A stretch of DNA of 64,000 nucleotides from Bdellovibrionota bacterium (GCA_044345405.1 JBIJBE010000005.1:32001-96000), one strand, 5' to 3'; positions 50,209 through 62,674 are shown, counted from the first letter of the stretch. Made by a program: numbers and translations. Notes: generated by a model from the sequence alone, not told the origin.

Positions 50209-50826
50209 CTACCCCGCCACCACCATAATCCCCACCTGCACTAATCCCACCAAGAATCCCAGCACTCCGCCGAGAACCTCAATCGTTCGCAACTCGCGCG
50301 CGGAGATCTCGTAAATTAGGGACTCAAGCTTTGAGAGATCGAACCCCTCGATCTTGCGGGCGACGATCTCGCTCACATCAAGTCGGTGCTCAACACGGGT
50401 CACAACCCGCTCCATGAATTCCGGAAAACGCTCCGCCATCTGTCCGGCGAGGGTTTGTTTTATCTGATCGAGAAGCGGCCCCTGAAGAAACATTCCAACC
50501 ATCGGGTTCTGAGATCCGATCTTCTGCGCGAAGGCGTCTATCTGCTCAGACATAAAGGCGGTCGCCTCCTCCGCGGTCTCAGATCCACTAAGCGCCGCGT
50601 GGATATCCGCCTGAGAGAAAAGGTCTCGCTCAATCATTGAACCGAGACTCGCGGCGATCTCCTTTTGTCGTCGAGGTACCAAACCTTGAAAGGTGATACC
50701 CAAAAACCGCGCGGGCTTATGGGGACGAAACAACATTCGAACCGCGATGTAGTTGGTGATGTACCCGATAAGGGCAGCGATTACCGGAACTGAGAGTAAG
50801 GCCCAGAGGGAATAGTGAGATGTCAT
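50209..50826 (-). CDS. DUF445-family membrane protein
   Basis: IGYITNYIAVRMLFRP...QGLVPRRQ...ELRTIEVLGGVLGFLVG. Confidence 0.85.
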   Translation of the reverse strand: MTSHYSLWALLSVPVIAALIGYITNYIAVRMLFRPHKPARFLGITFQGLVPRRQKEIAASLGSMIERDLFSQADIHAALSGSETAEEATAFMSEQIDAFAQKIGSQNPMVGMFLQGPLLDQIKQTLAGQMAERFPEFMERVVTRVEHRLDVSEIVARKIEGFDLSKLESLIYEISARELRTIEVLGGVLGFLVGLVQVGIMVVAG

Positions 50827-50882
50827 GGGGAAATTTTTTGGGGAAGAGTTCTATCCTGTATCGACCTCCTGGCTAGGAGGCC

Positions 50883-50921
50883 CCTAGTCGGCATCGCGGA
50901 TAGAAAGCGATGCCGACTAGG
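50883..50921 (-). terminator. Stem-loop downstream of ssb
   Basis: Perfect 15-bp stem CCTAGTCGGCATCGC / GCGATGCCGACTAGG with a 9-nt loop; no clear U tract. Confidence 0.65.
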
Positions 50922-50936
50922 AACGAACCAATCGAC

Positions 50937-51428
50937 TTAGAACGGAATATCGTCATCGTCGAAGGTAACCGGCTCATCACGAACCGCTGGGGAACGTCCA
51001 CCGTTAGCGGCCTTCGGAAGAGCGTCCGCTGTCGGAATGCCCGCGAGGACGTTGTTGTTAGCCGCCTCACCGCCGAAATCCATGTCAGCGCCTTCGCCCT
51101 TCGCTCCACCAACGAACTGAACGGTGTCAGCGAGGATCTCGGTCGTATACCGATCCTTACCTTCCTTGTCTTGCCACTTACGTGTGCGGATACGTCCCTC
51201 GATGAAAGCCTGACGGCCCTTCTTCAAGAAACGAGCGCAGTTCTCAGCGGTCTTGCCGAACACAACGATGTTGTGCCACTCGGTGTGATCAACCCACTGA
51301 CCGTTCGTGTCCTTCTTACGCTCACCCGTAGCGAGTGAAAACTGACAGATCGCCATCTGTTGAGGGGTGTAGCGAACCTCCGGATCCTTTCCGAGGTTGC
51401 CAAGTAACATGACCTTATTGATACCCAT
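50937..51428 (-). CDS. ssb: Single-stranded DNA-binding protein
   Basis: NKVMLLGNLGKDPEVRY, TEWH, EGRIRTRKW, C-terminal DDDIPF. Confidence 0.97.
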   Translation of the reverse strand: MGINKVMLLGNLGKDPEVRYTPQQMAICQFSLATGERKKDTNGQWVDHTEWHNIVVFGKTAENCARFLKKGRQAFIEGRIRTRKWQDKEGKDRYTTEILADTVQFVGGAKGEGADMDFGGEAANNNVLAGIPTADALPKAANGGRSPAVRDEPVTFDDDDIPF

Positions 51429-51649
51429 ACTGAAGCTCCAAAATTAGACACGGAGTTATCGGAGACACACCCTCAAGGGTTGCGTTGACACGCGGTTATA
51501 ACTCACTTTTGTTCAGGTTCAAAGAGTTGAGTGCGACCCGCCACAACTTTCAAAACCCCAACCAAACTGATGGGTTACCCCTCTTTTTTCGACCCACACG
51601 GGCGCCTTGAGTTGAGAAGTTCACCCACTCAGGTACACTACCCTTCATC

Positions 51650-52198
51650 ATGAGAATTTGCACGACCACTATCCCCTTTTCAGGGATGAAAATTGAGGCC
51701 GACCTTCCGCTCGAAGCGCTTAACGCTCGCCTCGCCGAGGGTTCTGAGAAGCAGGAGTTCACCTTTGAAGCCGCTCCTATGGTTGACCTGACCCTCACCC
51801 GTACCCACGGCGGTATCTTGGTGAAAGGGGTCGTATCCGGTCGATGCAGACAGGAATGCGCGACCTGCGCGGACCCCGTCCCTCATGAGATCGTTTCCAC
51901 GATCGATTGGCTCCTTCAAACCGAGAGCGACCGAGCTGGACCCGAGGATGAGCTCGACGATCCCGGAGTGATCGTCTACGAAGGCGATCACGTTGAACTT
52001 GAAGAGCCCCTTCAAGAGGCGCTCATCCTGAACATCAATCCGTTCTGGCACCCGGAGCGTGACCCTCACGAAAAGTGCACCTACTGTAAGCGTGATTGCA
52101 AGGCGCGCGTCTGGGGAGAGGAGAAGAAAGAGGGTGAGCAGAAGAGCTCGACCTTCGGCTCCTTACTCAAAGGGGCGCTCAACGCGGCGAAGAAGTAG
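51650..52198 (+). CDS. yceD: YceD/DUF177 family protein
   Basis: CATC...ELEEPLQEALILNINP...CTYC...FGSL pattern. Confidence 0.8.
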   Translation: MRICTTTIPFSGMKIEADLPLEALNARLAEGSEKQEFTFEAAPMVDLTLTRTHGGILVKGVVSGRCRQECATCADPVPHEIVSTIDWLLQTESDRAGPEDELDDPGVIVYEGDHVELEEPLQEALILNINPFWHPERDPHEKCTYCKRDCKARVWGEEKKEGEQKSSTFGSLLKGALNAAKK

Positions 52199-53189
52199 CG
52201 AGCGCTTTCACCTCTCGCTGAAGGTCCTTTCGATCCCAACCGTACTGTTTGTTGAGCGCCTCATAGAAAGGGATCTGCTCACGAACCATGGTCTCGTACA
52301 CGCTCATGAGACCGGATATCCCTTTTCGTTCAACGAGCGCTTCGAACTCGAGTGAGGCGAGTGCGTAGTCTTCGCCACTTCCATCAAAAGCTGATGTTCC
52401 GACATTTTCCTGCGAGCGAATAAGAGAACGATACCGCTCCTGTACGCTTCCTTTTGGAACGGTGGAGGCAAACCTGGAGCTATACCCTTCAAACCACGCG
52501 GCGAATCCCTCCGCGCGCTTTCTATCGTTCCCACCCGCCCCATCGAGCAAGGCGAACTCAAGCACGTGCCCCATCTCATGCAGGAGAACCTGCGTAAGGA
52601 GCGCGTCAACGTCACCACTCGCGTCACAATGTGGGGAGATGAAATCGACAACCATGTAGATCTGATTCGGCGGCACCATGAATCCGGGATGACCACCAAG
52701 GCTCAACGCCATTGGGAATTGAGAAACAGCGCTCGCGCGATCAATAAAGACCAACGACCAATCGCGACGCTCACGCGCGATACTTTCATCGAAACGAGCG
52801 GTTCGGAGCGCTCGATTAACGGCGGTCGCGGCCTCGGAGATCGCTCGGCTCGGACTTCGTCCGAAGCACTTCTCAACGGAGCGCTGCCATCGAACATCCA
52901 TCGTACCCAAGGGCGTGCTGAACGAAGCGCTTCGGGTAGCACCACGAAGCTCTACATCCTCGGCTTTCGGTATCGTTCGTGGCTCCGACGTTCGGCACGC
53001 GGCCTTCGATCGAAACCGTGACGGTACGTCCTTGAGCGCGGGAGCGCTGAGGATGTTCCCTTGCTCATCAGCATAGACGCACGATTCCTGGGCTTGCAGG
53101 GACGCTGAATGCAGAACGACGGCACCCACGATCGCCGCCCCAGCGATACGATAGAGAGAACTGACACACCACTCGGCGGCGATAGTCAT
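52179..53189 (-). CDS. Secreted zincin-like (HEXXH) protein
   Basis: Signal-like segment ending LQA|QE; LLHEMGH followed by AEGFAAW (gluzincin third ligand). Start moved to 53189 to avoid overlapping lon. Confidence 0.7.
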   Translation of the reverse strand: MTIAAEWCVSSLYRIAGAAIVGAVVLHSASLQAQESCVYADEQGNILSAPALKDVPSRFRSKAACRTSEPRTIPKAEDVELRGATRSASFSTPLGTMDVRWQRSVEKCFGRSPSRAISEAATAVNRALRTARFDESIARERRDWSLVFIDRASAVSQFPMALSLGGHPGFMVPPNQIYMVVDFISPHCDASGDVDALLTQVLLHEMGHVLEFALLDGAGGNDRKRAEGFAAWFEGYSSRFASTVPKGSVQERYRSLIRSQENVGTSAFDGSGEDYALASLEFEALVERKGISGLMSVYETMVREQIPFYEALNKQYGWDRKDLQREVKALATSSPR

Positions 53190-53193
53190 GAGA

Positions 53194-55629
53194 CTAGAGA
53201 GAGAATTCTCTCCGCTTCGCCTTCTTACGGGGGGGTAGCGACTTTTTGCCACGTCCAAGGAGCGCGAGCGCGAGCACCTCACTCACGTGTTTCACCGGCA
53301 CGAATTGGATCTGCTTCCGCTGCTCCTCCGGGATCTCCTCGAGGTCCTTGATGTTCTCGTAGGGAATGATCACCTTGGTGATGCCGTGCTGAAGGGCGGC
53401 GAGCGCCTTCTCACGTAAACCACCAACCGCTAGAACGTTTCCACGGAGGGTCATCTCACCCGTCATCGCGATATCCTTCGATACCTTGCGACCTGAAAGC
53501 GCCGATACGAGCGCGGTCGCGATCGTGATACCAGCTGAGGGTCCATCCTTAGGGATAGCTCCACTTGGAACGTGAATATGGATGTCATACTTCGAGTGGA
53601 AATCACTCTCTAATCCAAGCACCGACGCGTTCGCTCGGGCGTAGAAGAGCGCGGCCTGCGCCGACTCCTGCATCACACTACCGAGTTGTCCGGTTAGGGT
53701 GAGTGATCCACCACCCTTCGCCAGCGATACCTCGATCGGCATCACCTCTCCACCAAGCGCCGTCCACGCTAAACCTCGAACGAGCCCCACAGCCTCTGAA
53801 TGCTCAGCGACCTCAGGATCGTACTTCGTGGGTCCAAGGAGCGTGGCGACACGTTTCTCATCAATAACGCGAACAAACTTCTTCTTCTCAGCGACATCTC
53901 GCGCGAGCTTGCGGCACAAGGCGCCGATCTCTCGCTCAAGGGAACGAACTCCAGCCTCACGCGTATATCGTTCAATAACAAGCTGAATCGCTCCTTCAGT
54001 GAATTGAACCTTGTGGCTTCCGAGCCCAGCCTCTTTGAGTTGGCGAGGCACGATATACTTGGTCGCGATCTTCTGTTTCTCCGCGGCGGTATACCCGGGG
54101 ATAGAGAGGATCTCCAAACGGTCCATGAGAGGCTCAGGGATAGTGTCCATCGTATTCGCCGTAGCGATGAAGAGGACATCCGAGAGATCAAACGGCACAT
54201 TCAGGTAGTGATCGAGGAAGTCGATATTCTGATGAGGATCTAAGACCTCAAGAAGCGCGGACGCTGGGTCACCTCTAAAGTCAGCGCCAACTTTATCGAG
54301 CTCATCCAAGACGAAAACTGGATTACGCGTCGCGCACTGCTTCAACCCCTGCAGGATTCGTCCTGGGAGAGCGCCGACATAGGTTCGACGGTGTCCACGA
54401 ATCTCGGCCTCATCACGCATACCGCCCAGCGACATGCGATTGAAGGTACGCCCAAGGGCGCGCGCGATAGACTTACCGAGGGAGGTCTTACCAACGCCGG
54501 GAGGTCCAACGAAGCAGAGGATCGGGCCCTTTGAATCTGGATTCAGCGCGCGAACGCTCAGGTACTCAAGGATTCGGTCCTTAACCTTATCGAGACCGAA
54601 ATGATCCTCGTCGAGGATCTGCTTGGCTTTCTTAAGGTCAAGCTTGTCGGTGGACTTCGTGTGCCACGGGAGATCGGTCATCCACTCAAGGTAGGTGCGA
54701 AGGAGCGCGTACTCGCTTGATTCCGGACTCATCCGCTCAAGTCTCTTGAGCTGCTTGAACGCCTCATCGTGCGCCTGTTTCGGCAACTTGAGCGCTACTA
54801 ATCGCTCACGAACGGCTTGAAGATCCTCCGATCCCGTATCCGTATCGCCGAGTTCACGTTGAATCTGCTTAATCTGCTCGCGAAGGTAGTACTCGCGCTG
54901 CCCCTTCGTCATCTCATCGCGAGCTTTGTCCTTAATCTTCTCAGCCAAGATGAACTTGTTAAGATCGTCGCTGATGGTCTTGTCGGTGAGGCGCAATCTC
55001 TTCACCGGATCCAACTCCTCGAGAGCGGCCTGCGCGTACGGAATCTCGACCTTGTAGTGCGCCAAGATAACATCCGATAGGGTTCCCGGATCTTGGATCT
55101 CCTCGGTGATGATGAGCATCTCCTCAGGCAAGTGCTCATACTCAACGAGCACCTGAAGGTTCTCACGAATTCGATTGATGATCGCTTGATTCTCGGCGGA
55201 CACTCGCTTCGCTGGCGTCGATGGGAGTGGCTCGATCCTGCACGAGAGAAACTTCTTTCCTTCATACTTCTTCGCGCGGGCACGAACGAGTCCCTGCAGG
55301 AGCACCTTCATTCGTCCATCGGGAACTTGCAACGTGCGAACGATGTGCGCGACAACGCCCATCTGGTAGAGATCTCGCCCTTTGGGTTCCTCAACCTCCG
55401 GATTCTTTTGGGTAACCACGAACGCGAGTCGCTCCTCACCCATCGCGGCCTCAACAGCGCGCATACTCTCGGGGCGACTGAGGTAGAGCGACATCATCAC
55501 CCCAGGAAAAGCGACCATGTCCTTGGCGGCGAGCACCGGGAGGACGTTCGGCACCAGTACCGGCTCAAGAGCCCCCGCGGTGGAATCCGACGATCTCTTC
55601 TTGCTCTTTGACGACTTTCTCTGTGCCAT
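53194..55629 (-). CDS. lon: ATP-dependent protease La
   Basis: N-domain, [29 protein letters not shown]. Confidence 0.97.
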   Translation of the reverse strand: MAQRKSSKSKKRSSDSTAGALEPVLVPNVLPVLAAKDMVAFPGVMMSLYLSRPESMRAVEAAMGEERLAFVVTQKNPEVEEPKGRDLYQMGVVAHIVRTLQVPDGRMKVLLQGLVRARAKKYEGKKFLSCRIEPLPSTPAKRVSAENQAIINRIRENLQVLVEYEHLPEEMLIITEEIQDPGTLSDVILAHYKVEIPYAQAALEELDPVKRLRLTDKTISDDLNKFILAEKIKDKARDEMTKGQREYYLREQIKQIQRELGDTDTGSEDLQAVRERLVALKLPKQAHDEAFKQLKRLERMSPESSEYALLRTYLEWMTDLPWHTKSTDKLDLKKAKQILDEDHFGLDKVKDRILEYLSVRALNPDSKGPILCFVGPPGVGKTSLGKSIARALGRTFNRMSLGGMRDEAEIRGHRRTYVGALPGRILQGLKQCATRNPVFVLDELDKVGADFRGDPASALLEVLDPHQNIDFLDHYLNVPFDLSDVLFIATANTMDTIPEPLMDRLEILSIPGYTAAEKQKIATKYIVPRQLKEAGLGSHKVQFTEGAIQLVIERYTREAGVRSLEREIGALCRKLARDVAEKKKFVRVIDEKRVATLLGPTKYDPEVAEHSEAVGLVRGLAWTALGGEVMPIEVSLAKGGGSLTLTGQLGSVMQESAQAALFYARANASVLGLESDFHSKYDIHIHVPSGAIPKDGPSAGITIATALVSALSGRKVSKDIAMTGEMTLRGNVLAVGGLREKALAALQHGITKVIIPYENIKDLEEIPEEQRKQIQFVPVKHVSEVLALALLGRGKKSLPPRKKAKRREFSL

Positions 55630-55970
55630 ATCTTCCCTGGATCGACCTTCTCAAACGACCGTTCTAAAAGCCGTTTTGCAACCCGGCGATTCAGTCCCTC
55701 TCTGGGCCCAAAACAACCAAGTATATTCAATAGGATATGCCAGCCAACCAACATCGTCCGTTGCACCGACAAACGTAGCTCGCTTTCGACGCACTACGTC
55801 TCTACCCCGTTGGATGACTATAGCCCCGGTATCGATGTTGGAAACAGGGGGAATAAGAAGGGATTACGGCGACCGACCTGGCACCTTACCGGAACGACAT
55901 GTAATCCGGCGAGCCGGAACCGGGTCGGCGCCCACACTCACTCGGGAGGACTAGCACGAGGACGAGTATC

Positions 55971-56774
55971 TTACTTGCCGCACTTCACCAAGGGACTTCC
56001 AGACGCACCGATCGATCGCTGCCTAGACACGCCGCGATACATTTCACAGATAGTAGAGGCCATATCGGAGCACGGCCGTAAGGTGAGACACCCTCCGGGA
56101 AGAGATCCAACCGCGAATCCAGGAACGGAGCCTCGCGCAAAACCTTCCCAGAGGTAGTTATAGCCATCATTGACACACGCATGCAGCGCTGCGGCGATCA
56201 CTTGATCTCTCGGGTCAGCAAAAACGAGTCCCCTCTCTACGAGTATCTCCAACTGCCCACCGCGCGACTTCCCCAGTGAATCCTTTACAACTCCCTCAAT
56301 GGTGACCCATCGATCCTTGGAGTAGTCCCGTTGCGTTAACTGTTGGGGGAAAAGTTCAGGGAGCGCCTCACACCACGCAATGAGCTTGGGGTCTATGGCG
56401 TCTCTCCCAAATCTGGGAAAGGCGATCCTAAAGTACCGATTGAGCACCCTCATCGCCAAACCATCGGATATCCCAGCCGGTAATTTGAAGGTCGAGAAAC
56501 CTGTCTCTTGTTTGAAACAATACGAACCTCCCAGCTGTTCCGCTACCTGGAAGGGACTTTTGCGCTGTATCACTCCGGCGTTGCCAGTACCCCTATCAGC
56601 ACGAATATCGGGCACCTTTGGCAAGGACAGCTCTGAATGCGCGTCGGGCCCCGAAATTCTCGCGGCGTCCACCATCGCCACCATCTTTCTGGCGAGCTGT
56701 GAATCCTTGTCCAACGCTTCAATAACACGCTCCCGCTGCAAGATCGTAATCCCCTCATTCATTCCAGTATTCAT
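55971..56774 (-). CDS. Hypothetical protein
   Basis: 267-aa ORF with no recognised motif. Confidence 0.55.
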   Translation of the reverse strand: MNTGMNEGITILQRERVIEALDKDSQLARKMVAMVDAARISGPDAHSELSLPKVPDIRADRGTGNAGVIQRKSPFQVAEQLGGSYCFKQETGFSTFKLPAGISDGLAMRVLNRYFRIAFPRFGRDAIDPKLIAWCEALPELFPQQLTQRDYSKDRWVTIEGVVKDSLGKSRGGQLEILVERGLVFADPRDQVIAAALHACVNDGYNYLWEGFARGSVPGFAVGSLPGGCLTLRPCSDMASTICEMYRGVSRQRSIGASGSPLVKCGK

Positions 56775-57213
56775 CTTTCAATTCTTTAAAAAATCTCCCC
56801 GTTATCACAGCTCTCATAGTTCGAGGCATCCTCGGTGACACATAGGAGCGCTATCGAGCGACAAGAACCTCTTTCGCTCGAGCTTTTCCCTCTCGTTGAT
56901 ATCTCTATGTTCGTACCCTTCCGCTCTCGACGGGGAAGGCGCCCAATAGTGTGACAGAGACTGCGATTTTTTTCCTGTTAGGACACAGCTACCCTTTTCG
57001 TTAAACACGCCTAAGATACTGGAATACAGGGCTGTTGGCACTGAGCCACACAGGCAACTATCGGAAACCAGGCAAAAATTGACGCACAGAACTTTTTTTC
57101 GCACGATTCTACTTTACGTAGAGTTACGTCGGTCCAACGGTGCGCATGTTAGATGAAGCCTGGTCCAAGAACTCCAAGGGCCCATGACGAACCCGTCGAG
57201 GGAACGGAGCCGA

Positions 57214-59139
57214 TTAATACCCACTCTCCACCCGCTCCTCCTCCTTGAGGAACGATGGACCGGTACGCACCGGTTCCGCTGAACCGTTCGTCGCCGCTGG
57301 TGGCGCGGCGTTGACACCGCCAGTGCCGGGGAAGTGCTCGAGGAATCCGCTCTTGGAAACTTCAACAACGTAGAACGAACGACGGATCTCACCACCTGGC
57401 GCCATCTCGATCAAACCGGTCACACCCTCGTAGCGAGGAAGTGAGGCGAGCGCCTCGGGGAAGCTCTTTCGTTCACGCGCCGCTTTGTGGATCGCTGATA
57501 CCACAAGGGTTCCGGCGTCGAAGCCTTGAGCTGCGAGGAAGTTCGGCGCGACCTTGAACTTACCTCTGTAGGATTCGTTAAACTGCTGAACAACCGGACG
57601 CGAACTCTGCGGGAAGAATGGAGTCACGAAGATAGCGGACTCAAAGAGCGCCTGGGAGTTCGCTATCTTGCTCGGATTATCCCACAGCGCGGTTCCAAGT
57701 GGTCGCATCGTCTTGCGAGTGGTCGGACTCACGTTCGAGAGCAGCTTAACGCTCATTTCGATAGAATCGGGGATAAGAACCGCTTGCGCGCCCGCGCTAT
57801 CGAGCCGTTGCGCCACCTCAAGCATCGAGGCCTCATCTGAACTCACATACGGAGCCTCAAGCACCGGCGTCAAACCGTAACTCGCGAGGCGTTTCTTAAA
57901 GACGTTCAACACCTCGTTCCCGTTCGCGCTCTCTGGATACGCGATGGCGAACTGCGTGATGGCGTAATCTTTATGAGCGGCGGTCACAAGCGCGTCCATC
58001 TGTGATGTCGTTGTCGCGCCGAGACGGGTGATTCCGTTTCCGGTGGGGAAGGTCTCACTCTTCGAGAAGGAGAGGAGCGGTGTTCGAAGCTCGCGAGCCG
58101 TATCAGCGGCTGCTACCGAAACATCCGTAAGAAGAGGCCCAACGATAACAGCAGGGCTTGAGGTCGCGACAAGCTCTCGTACCGCGGCGGACGCGGCCGC
58201 CGAATCAGAGCCAACATCACGAACCTCCACTCGCGCTCGCGGAGTCTCTCGATCGGCCTCCACAGCGAGATCGAACCCCTGTCGGGTATCTCGACCGAGT
58301 GAGCCGAACTTGTCTGAGAGACTTAAGATAACACCAACCACCGCGGGCTGTCCGTTACCCATAACTCCGGTCGGAAGATCGGTGGCGACGAGGCTTTGCG
58401 CGCCACCTTCCCAGAATGGCCGGCGAAGGTCGGTGTACTCCCGATATCCCGGAGAGGAGCGTCGAAGTCGCTCACGACCAACCAACTCGTTGATGAAGGG
58501 ATCGCTGCTCCAATCAAGCGCGACCGTTTCGAAATCTTGTTGTGGGATCGTGCGAAGAAGCAGGTTCGCTCCGGTTTCGGAGGCCTGAATACCGGTGCGC
58601 TCACCCTGCTGTGCCTGTCGATTGGCTTTTGAGAACCACGCGAGCGATTGCTCAGTGTCTCCGTGACGACCATACGCGTACGCCAGCAAAAGAGAGAACG
58701 AGGTTGGAACGTCGGTCTCACTCAACCCACGAGATTTAAAGTACTGGCTAATCGTTGAGAGGGCGCGAGCGGACTCATCGAGCGCCAAATACTGGCTCGC
58801 GGTGCGAAGCGCCGCGGCTTCAGCCTCCCCGTCAGAGAGCTTAGTCTTTTGCGCTTGAAGATACGCCTCAAGGGCGGATCGTCGCTTTCCTTTGCGAAGC
58901 ATCTCATCGCCAAGCAACAACGAGCCGTTGGTCAGCTTCGTACCGCTGGCATCGTAAAATGGTCGCCAGATCTCCCACGGCAGCGGCTCTGACGGAGAAG
59001 TTGCTGAGATATCCTGCCCTTTTTTTGAAGCGGGGCGTCGCGGACGAGCACCATCATCGACGGAGCAACCCACGACGGATACCAGCAGTCCGGAAAGGAT
59101 CAGAGCGCGAACAGTTTGTCGGACCATAGCGGGAGTCAT
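57214..59139 (-). CDS. LpoA-like lipoprotein (TPR-like region plus type I periplasmic-binding fold)
   Basis: Lipobox VVGC; VGVILSLS, VIVGPL, AAQGFDA, YEGVTG. Confidence 0.75.
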   Translation of the reverse strand: MTPAMVRQTVRALILSGLLVSVVGCSVDDGARPRRPASKKGQDISATSPSEPLPWEIWRPFYDASGTKLTNGSLLLGDEMLRKGKRRSALEAYLQAQKTKLSDGEAEAAALRTASQYLALDESARALSTISQYFKSRGLSETDVPTSFSLLLAYAYGRHGDTEQSLAWFSKANRQAQQGERTGIQASETGANLLLRTIPQQDFETVALDWSSDPFINELVGRERLRRSSPGYREYTDLRRPFWEGGAQSLVATDLPTGVMGNGQPAVVGVILSLSDKFGSLGRDTRQGFDLAVEADRETPRARVEVRDVGSDSAAASAAVRELVATSSPAVIVGPLLTDVSVAAADTARELRTPLLSFSKSETFPTGNGITRLGATTTSQMDALVTAAHKDYAITQFAIAYPESANGNEVLNVFKKRLASYGLTPVLEAPYVSSDEASMLEVAQRLDSAGAQAVLIPDSIEMSVKLLSNVSPTTRKTMRPLGTALWDNPSKIANSQALFESAIFVTPFFPQSSRPVVQQFNESYRGKFKVAPNFLAAQGFDAGTLVVSAIHKAARERKSFPEALASLPRYEGVTGLIEMAPGGEIRRSFYVVEVSKSGFLEHFPGTGGVNAAPPAATNGSAEPVRTGPSFLKEEERVESGY

Positions 59140-59295
59140 CGATTAGTCTGGTAGCAGTTGCCTCACTATAATAGGCCGCAACCGAGCTAGCCAACGGTGA
59201 TTTTCATGGGGCTACGCCATGAGCTGCTCTAATGGGCTTAGAGCCGATTCAAAAGGTGTTCGTGAAGAGTCTTTAGGCTTATGTGAGAAGTCCTC

Positions 59296-60435
59296 TTACG
59301 AGAACATATCCTTAACCTTGTCGAAGAACCCCTTATCGGAGCCATCATCGACAACGGTTCCTTGAAGGGTGGCGAGCTTCTCAAGGAGTTCGCGCTCCTC
59401 TTCGGATATCTTCTTGGGAACATGGACGTACACACGCACATGTTGGTCCCCTCGGCGTTGCGGATTACTGCCGAGAACAGGAATACCTTTGTTCTTAATG
59501 CGGAAGACCTTACCCGATGGAGTTCCTGCTGGAATCTTTAACTTCAGCTTACCATCGAGCGATGGAACCTCGATCTCAGTTCCAAGCGCGGCAGCCGCAT
59601 ACGTGATAGGAACCTCGCAGATAACTTCCTGGTCTTGGCGTTGGAACACCGGATGCTCCTCAATGTGCACCTGCACGTAGAGGTCACCGCTCGGACCACC
59701 GCCCATTCCCCCCTCACCCTCGCCCCGCATCTTGAGGCGTTGGCCGTGATCGACACCGGCGGGAACTTTAACTTTAATCGTTGACTCTTTGACGCGAAGA
59801 CCTGAGCCGGAGCAATCACCACACGGGTTCTTCACTACCTCGCCCGCGCCACCACAGGCGTGACATGTTCGCGCGAGGGTAAAGAAACCTTGCTGAACTC
59901 GGATCTGGCCCGCACCCTCACATTGAGGACATCGCTCACGAGAGGAACCCTTGGCGGCGCCGGATCCCACGCACGTATCGCACGTTGAACGACGACCGAT
60001 CGTGATCTCTTTTTCACAACCGAACGCGGCCTCTTCAAAGGTGAGATCGAGATCGTAGCGAAGGTCGTTACCGGCACGGCCACGACCACGACGGGGATCT
60101 CCGCCCATACCACCCATGCCGCCACCAAAGAAGGAGCTGAAGATATCACCGAAAATATCCTCGAAGCCCGAGAAGTCTCCACCTTGGAAACCACCCGCGC
60201 CACCACCCTGCTGGAACGCCGCGTGACCGAAGCGATCGTACCGCGCGCGATTCTCAGCGTCGCTCAACACTGAGTACGCCTCAGTCGCCTCTTTAAATTT
60301 ATCTTCCGCTTCTTTGTTGCCTGGATTCTTGTCGGGGTGAAATTGAACAGCCTTTTTACGATAGGCTTTCTTGACGTCCTCAAGAGACGCGCCTTTGGAG
60401 ACCCCTAATACTTCGTAGTAATCACGCTTTGACAC
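59296..60435 (-). CDS. dnaJ: Chaperone DnaJ
   Basis: HPD J-domain, G/F region, four CxxCxGxG repeats. Confidence 0.97.
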   Translation of the reverse strand: MSKRDYYEVLGVSKGASLEDVKKAYRKKAVQFHPDKNPGNKEAEDKFKEATEAYSVLSDAENRARYDRFGHAAFQQGGGAGGFQGGDFSGFEDIFGDIFSSFFGGGMGGMGGDPRRGRGRAGNDLRYDLDLTFEEAAFGCEKEITIGRRSTCDTCVGSGAAKGSSRERCPQCEGAGQIRVQQGFFTLARTCHACGGAGEVVKNPCGDCSGSGLRVKESTIKVKVPAGVDHGQRLKMRGEGEGGMGGGPSGDLYVQVHIEEHPVFQRQDQEVICEVPITYAAAALGTEIEVPSLDGKLKLKIPAGTPSGKVFRIKNKGIPVLGSNPQRRGDQHVRVYVHVPKKISEEERELLEKLATLQGTVVDDGSDKGFFDKVKDMFS

Positions 60436-60554
60436 GGCCGCACCTTACACTAAAAACATCCTTGGTGTCTGCACTTGGGTGGGTGAATTTCGGCCATTTC
60501 TAAGCCCCCTAAGCGGGTATCCCTTTGACGGAAAAGGCTAAAACCCCAACCTCA

Positions 60555-60637
60555 CACGTAAACGTGCTCGTGCTCGTAAACGTACCCCAAAACAAAAGCC
60601 GCAACACGATCGGGAGCGTTCACGAGCACGTTCACGT
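60555..60637. repeat. Inverted pair of degenerate hexamer tracts (same family as 15621-15748)
   Basis: CACGTA AACGTG CTCGTG CTCGTA AACGTA CCCC (60555-60588) and CGTTCA CGAGCA CGTTCA CGT (60617-60637). Confidence 0.7.
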
Positions 60638-60678
60638 CGTAAGCAGACTAACAGCACGTTACACACTGAACTCACAAC

Positions 60679-60723
60679 GAAAAGCCCCCGAACTAACCCT
60701 CAAAACAGGTCAGCCCGGGGGCT
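60679..60723 (-). terminator. Intrinsic terminator after dnaK
   Basis: Minus strand AGCCCCCGGGCTGAC...GTTAGTTCGGGGGCT stem (G-U pairs work on the minus strand only) followed by T residues. Confidence 0.75.
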
Positions 60724-60751
60724 CTCTCCTTAAACCACGCCGGAGGCCGGT

Positions 60752-62674
60752 TTACTTGTTGTCGCGAACCTCTTCATAGTCCGCGTCAACAACGTCATCC
60801 TTAGGACCAGCGCCTGCGCCGTTCTGCGACTCAGCCGCTCCAGCTCCGTTCGCTGTAGCGCCTGCTGCCGCAGCTCGCTTATATGCCTCTTCGGAGAGCT
60901 TATGGCTCGCCTTCTCAAGGTTCTCGTACGCGCGCTTGATAGCGTCCTGCTCGTTGCTCTCAAGGGCCTTCTTCGCCTCCTCGAGCGCCGTATCAACGGT
61001 ACCCTTAAGCTCAGCGGTCGCCTTGTCACCAAGCTCCTTCAAGGTTGACTCGGTAGCGTAGACCATCGTGTCGAGCTTGTTACGCTCTTCGATGAGCTCG
61101 CGACGCTTACGGTCCTCTTCAGCGTGCTCCTTGGCATCCTGAACCATGCGCTCGATCTCCTCTTTCGAGAGACCGGAGCTCGCCGTGATCTTGATCGACT
61201 GCTCCTTGCCAGTACCGAGATCCTTCGCGGAAACCGATACGATACCGTTCGCGTCGATGTCGAAGGTTACCTCGATCTGAGGAACTCCTCGAGGCGCCGC
61301 TGGAATACCAACGAGCTCGAACCGCCCAAGGGTCTTGCTGTCTCCCGCCATCTCACGCTCTCCCTGCAGAACGTGGATCGATACCGCTGGCTGGTTGTCT
61401 GAAGCTGTCGAGAATACCTGCGACTTCCGCGTTGGAATCGTCGTATTCTTCTCGATGAGCTTGGTGTTCACACCACCGTAGGTCTCGATACCGAGACTGA
61501 GCGGCGTAACGTCGAGAAGGAGAACATCCTTCACGTCACCCTGAAGAACTCCACCCTGAACCGACGCGCCGATAGCGACAGCCTCGTCTGGGTTTACGCT
61601 CTTCGACGCTTCCTTACCGAAGATCTCCTTCACACGCTGTTGAACAGCTGGCATACGGGTCATACCACCCACGAGGATAACCTCGCCGATATCGCTCGCG
61701 TTAAGGCCAGCGTCCTTAAGCGCCGTGCGGCATGGAGCCTCAAGACGTCGAAGAAGGTCGGCGCAAAGCTGCTCGAACTTAGCGCGGGTAATCTTCAAGT
61801 TAAGGTGCTTAGGACCGGACGCGTCAGCCGTAATGAACGGAAGATTGATGTCGGTCTCCATTGAGGAGGAGAGCTCGTGCTTCGCCTTCTCAGCAGCCTC
61901 TTTAAGACGTTGAAGCGCCATCGTGTCCTTACGGAGATCGATGCCCTGCTCCTTCTTGAATTGGTCAGCGATGTAATCAACGAGGATCAGATCGAAATCC
62001 TCTCCTCCGAGGAAGGTGTCACCGTTCGTCGACTTAACCTCGAATACGCCATCACCGAGCTCAAGGATCGATACGTCGAACGTACCTCCTCCGAGGTCGA
62101 ATACCGCTACGGTCTTCTCGTGCTTCTTATCGAGACCGTACGCGAGCGCTGCCGCTGTTGGCTCGTTGATGATACGAAGGACGTTAAGTCCCGCGATCTT
62201 TCCGGCGTCCTTGGTAGCCTGACGCTGCGCGTCATCGAAGTACGCTGGCACGGTGATTACCGCGTCAGTTACAGCCTCACCGAGGTAATCCTCAGCGGTC
62301 TGCTTCATCTTGGTGAGAATCATCGCGGAGATCTCTTGTGGGCTCTTCGCCTCACCCTTGAGCTTTACCCACGCGTCTTGATTTTGCGACGCGGCGATCT
62401 CGTACGGGAGAACTCCCTTAGCCTTCTCAACCTCAGGGGCGTTTACCTTGCGACCGATCAACCGCTTTACCGCGAAGATAGTGTTCTTAGGATTCGTGAC
62501 AGCTTGACGCTTCGCGATCTGCCCTACGAGGCGCTCTCCAGCGTCATTCACGCCCACAACAGATGGAGTTGTGCGGCTTCCCTCGCTGTTGGCGATAACG
62601 GTCGGCGTTCCACCTTCCATGACAGAAACGCACGAGTTGGTGGTTCCAAGGTCAATTCCAATTACTTTTCCCAT
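60752..62674 (-). CDS. dnaK: Chaperone DnaK
   Basis: [34 protein letters not shown]. Confidence 0.98.
   Translation of the reverse strand: MGKVIGIDLGTTNSCVSVMEGGTPTVIANSEGSRTTPSVVGVNDAGERLVGQIAKRQAVTNPKNTIFAVKRLIGRKVNAPEVEKAKGVLPYEIAASQNQDAWVKLKGEAKSPQEISAMILTKMKQTAEDYLGEAVTDAVITVPAYFDDAQRQATKDAGKIAGLNVLRIINEPTAAALAYGLDKKHEKTVAVFDLGGGTFDVSILELGDGVFEVKSTNGDTFLGGEDFDLILVDYIADQFKKEQGIDLRKDTMALQRLKEAAEKAKHELSSSMETDINLPFITADASGPKHLNLKITRAKFEQLCADLLRRLEAPCRTALKDAGLNASDIGEVILVGGMTRMPAVQQRVKEIFGKEASKSVNPDEAVAIGASVQGGVLQGDVKDVLLLDVTPLSLGIETYGGVNTKLIEKNTTIPTRKSQVFSTASDNQPAVSIHVLQGEREMAGDSKTLGRFELVGIPAAPRGVPQIEVTFDIDANGIVSVSAKDLGTGKEQSIKITASSGLSKEEIERMVQDAKEHAEEDRKRRELIEERNKLDTMVYATESTLKELGDKATAELKGTVDTALEEAKKALESNEQDAIKRAYENLEKASHKLSEEAYKRAAAAGATANGAGAAESQNGAGAGPKDDVVDADYEEVRDNK

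Noticed and set aside
55771-55910. Riboswitch upstream of lon
   Set aside because: Hairpins are present (CGTAG...CTACG; GGATTAC...GTAATCC), but I could match no SAM, cobalamin or other consensus; possibly just a terminator.
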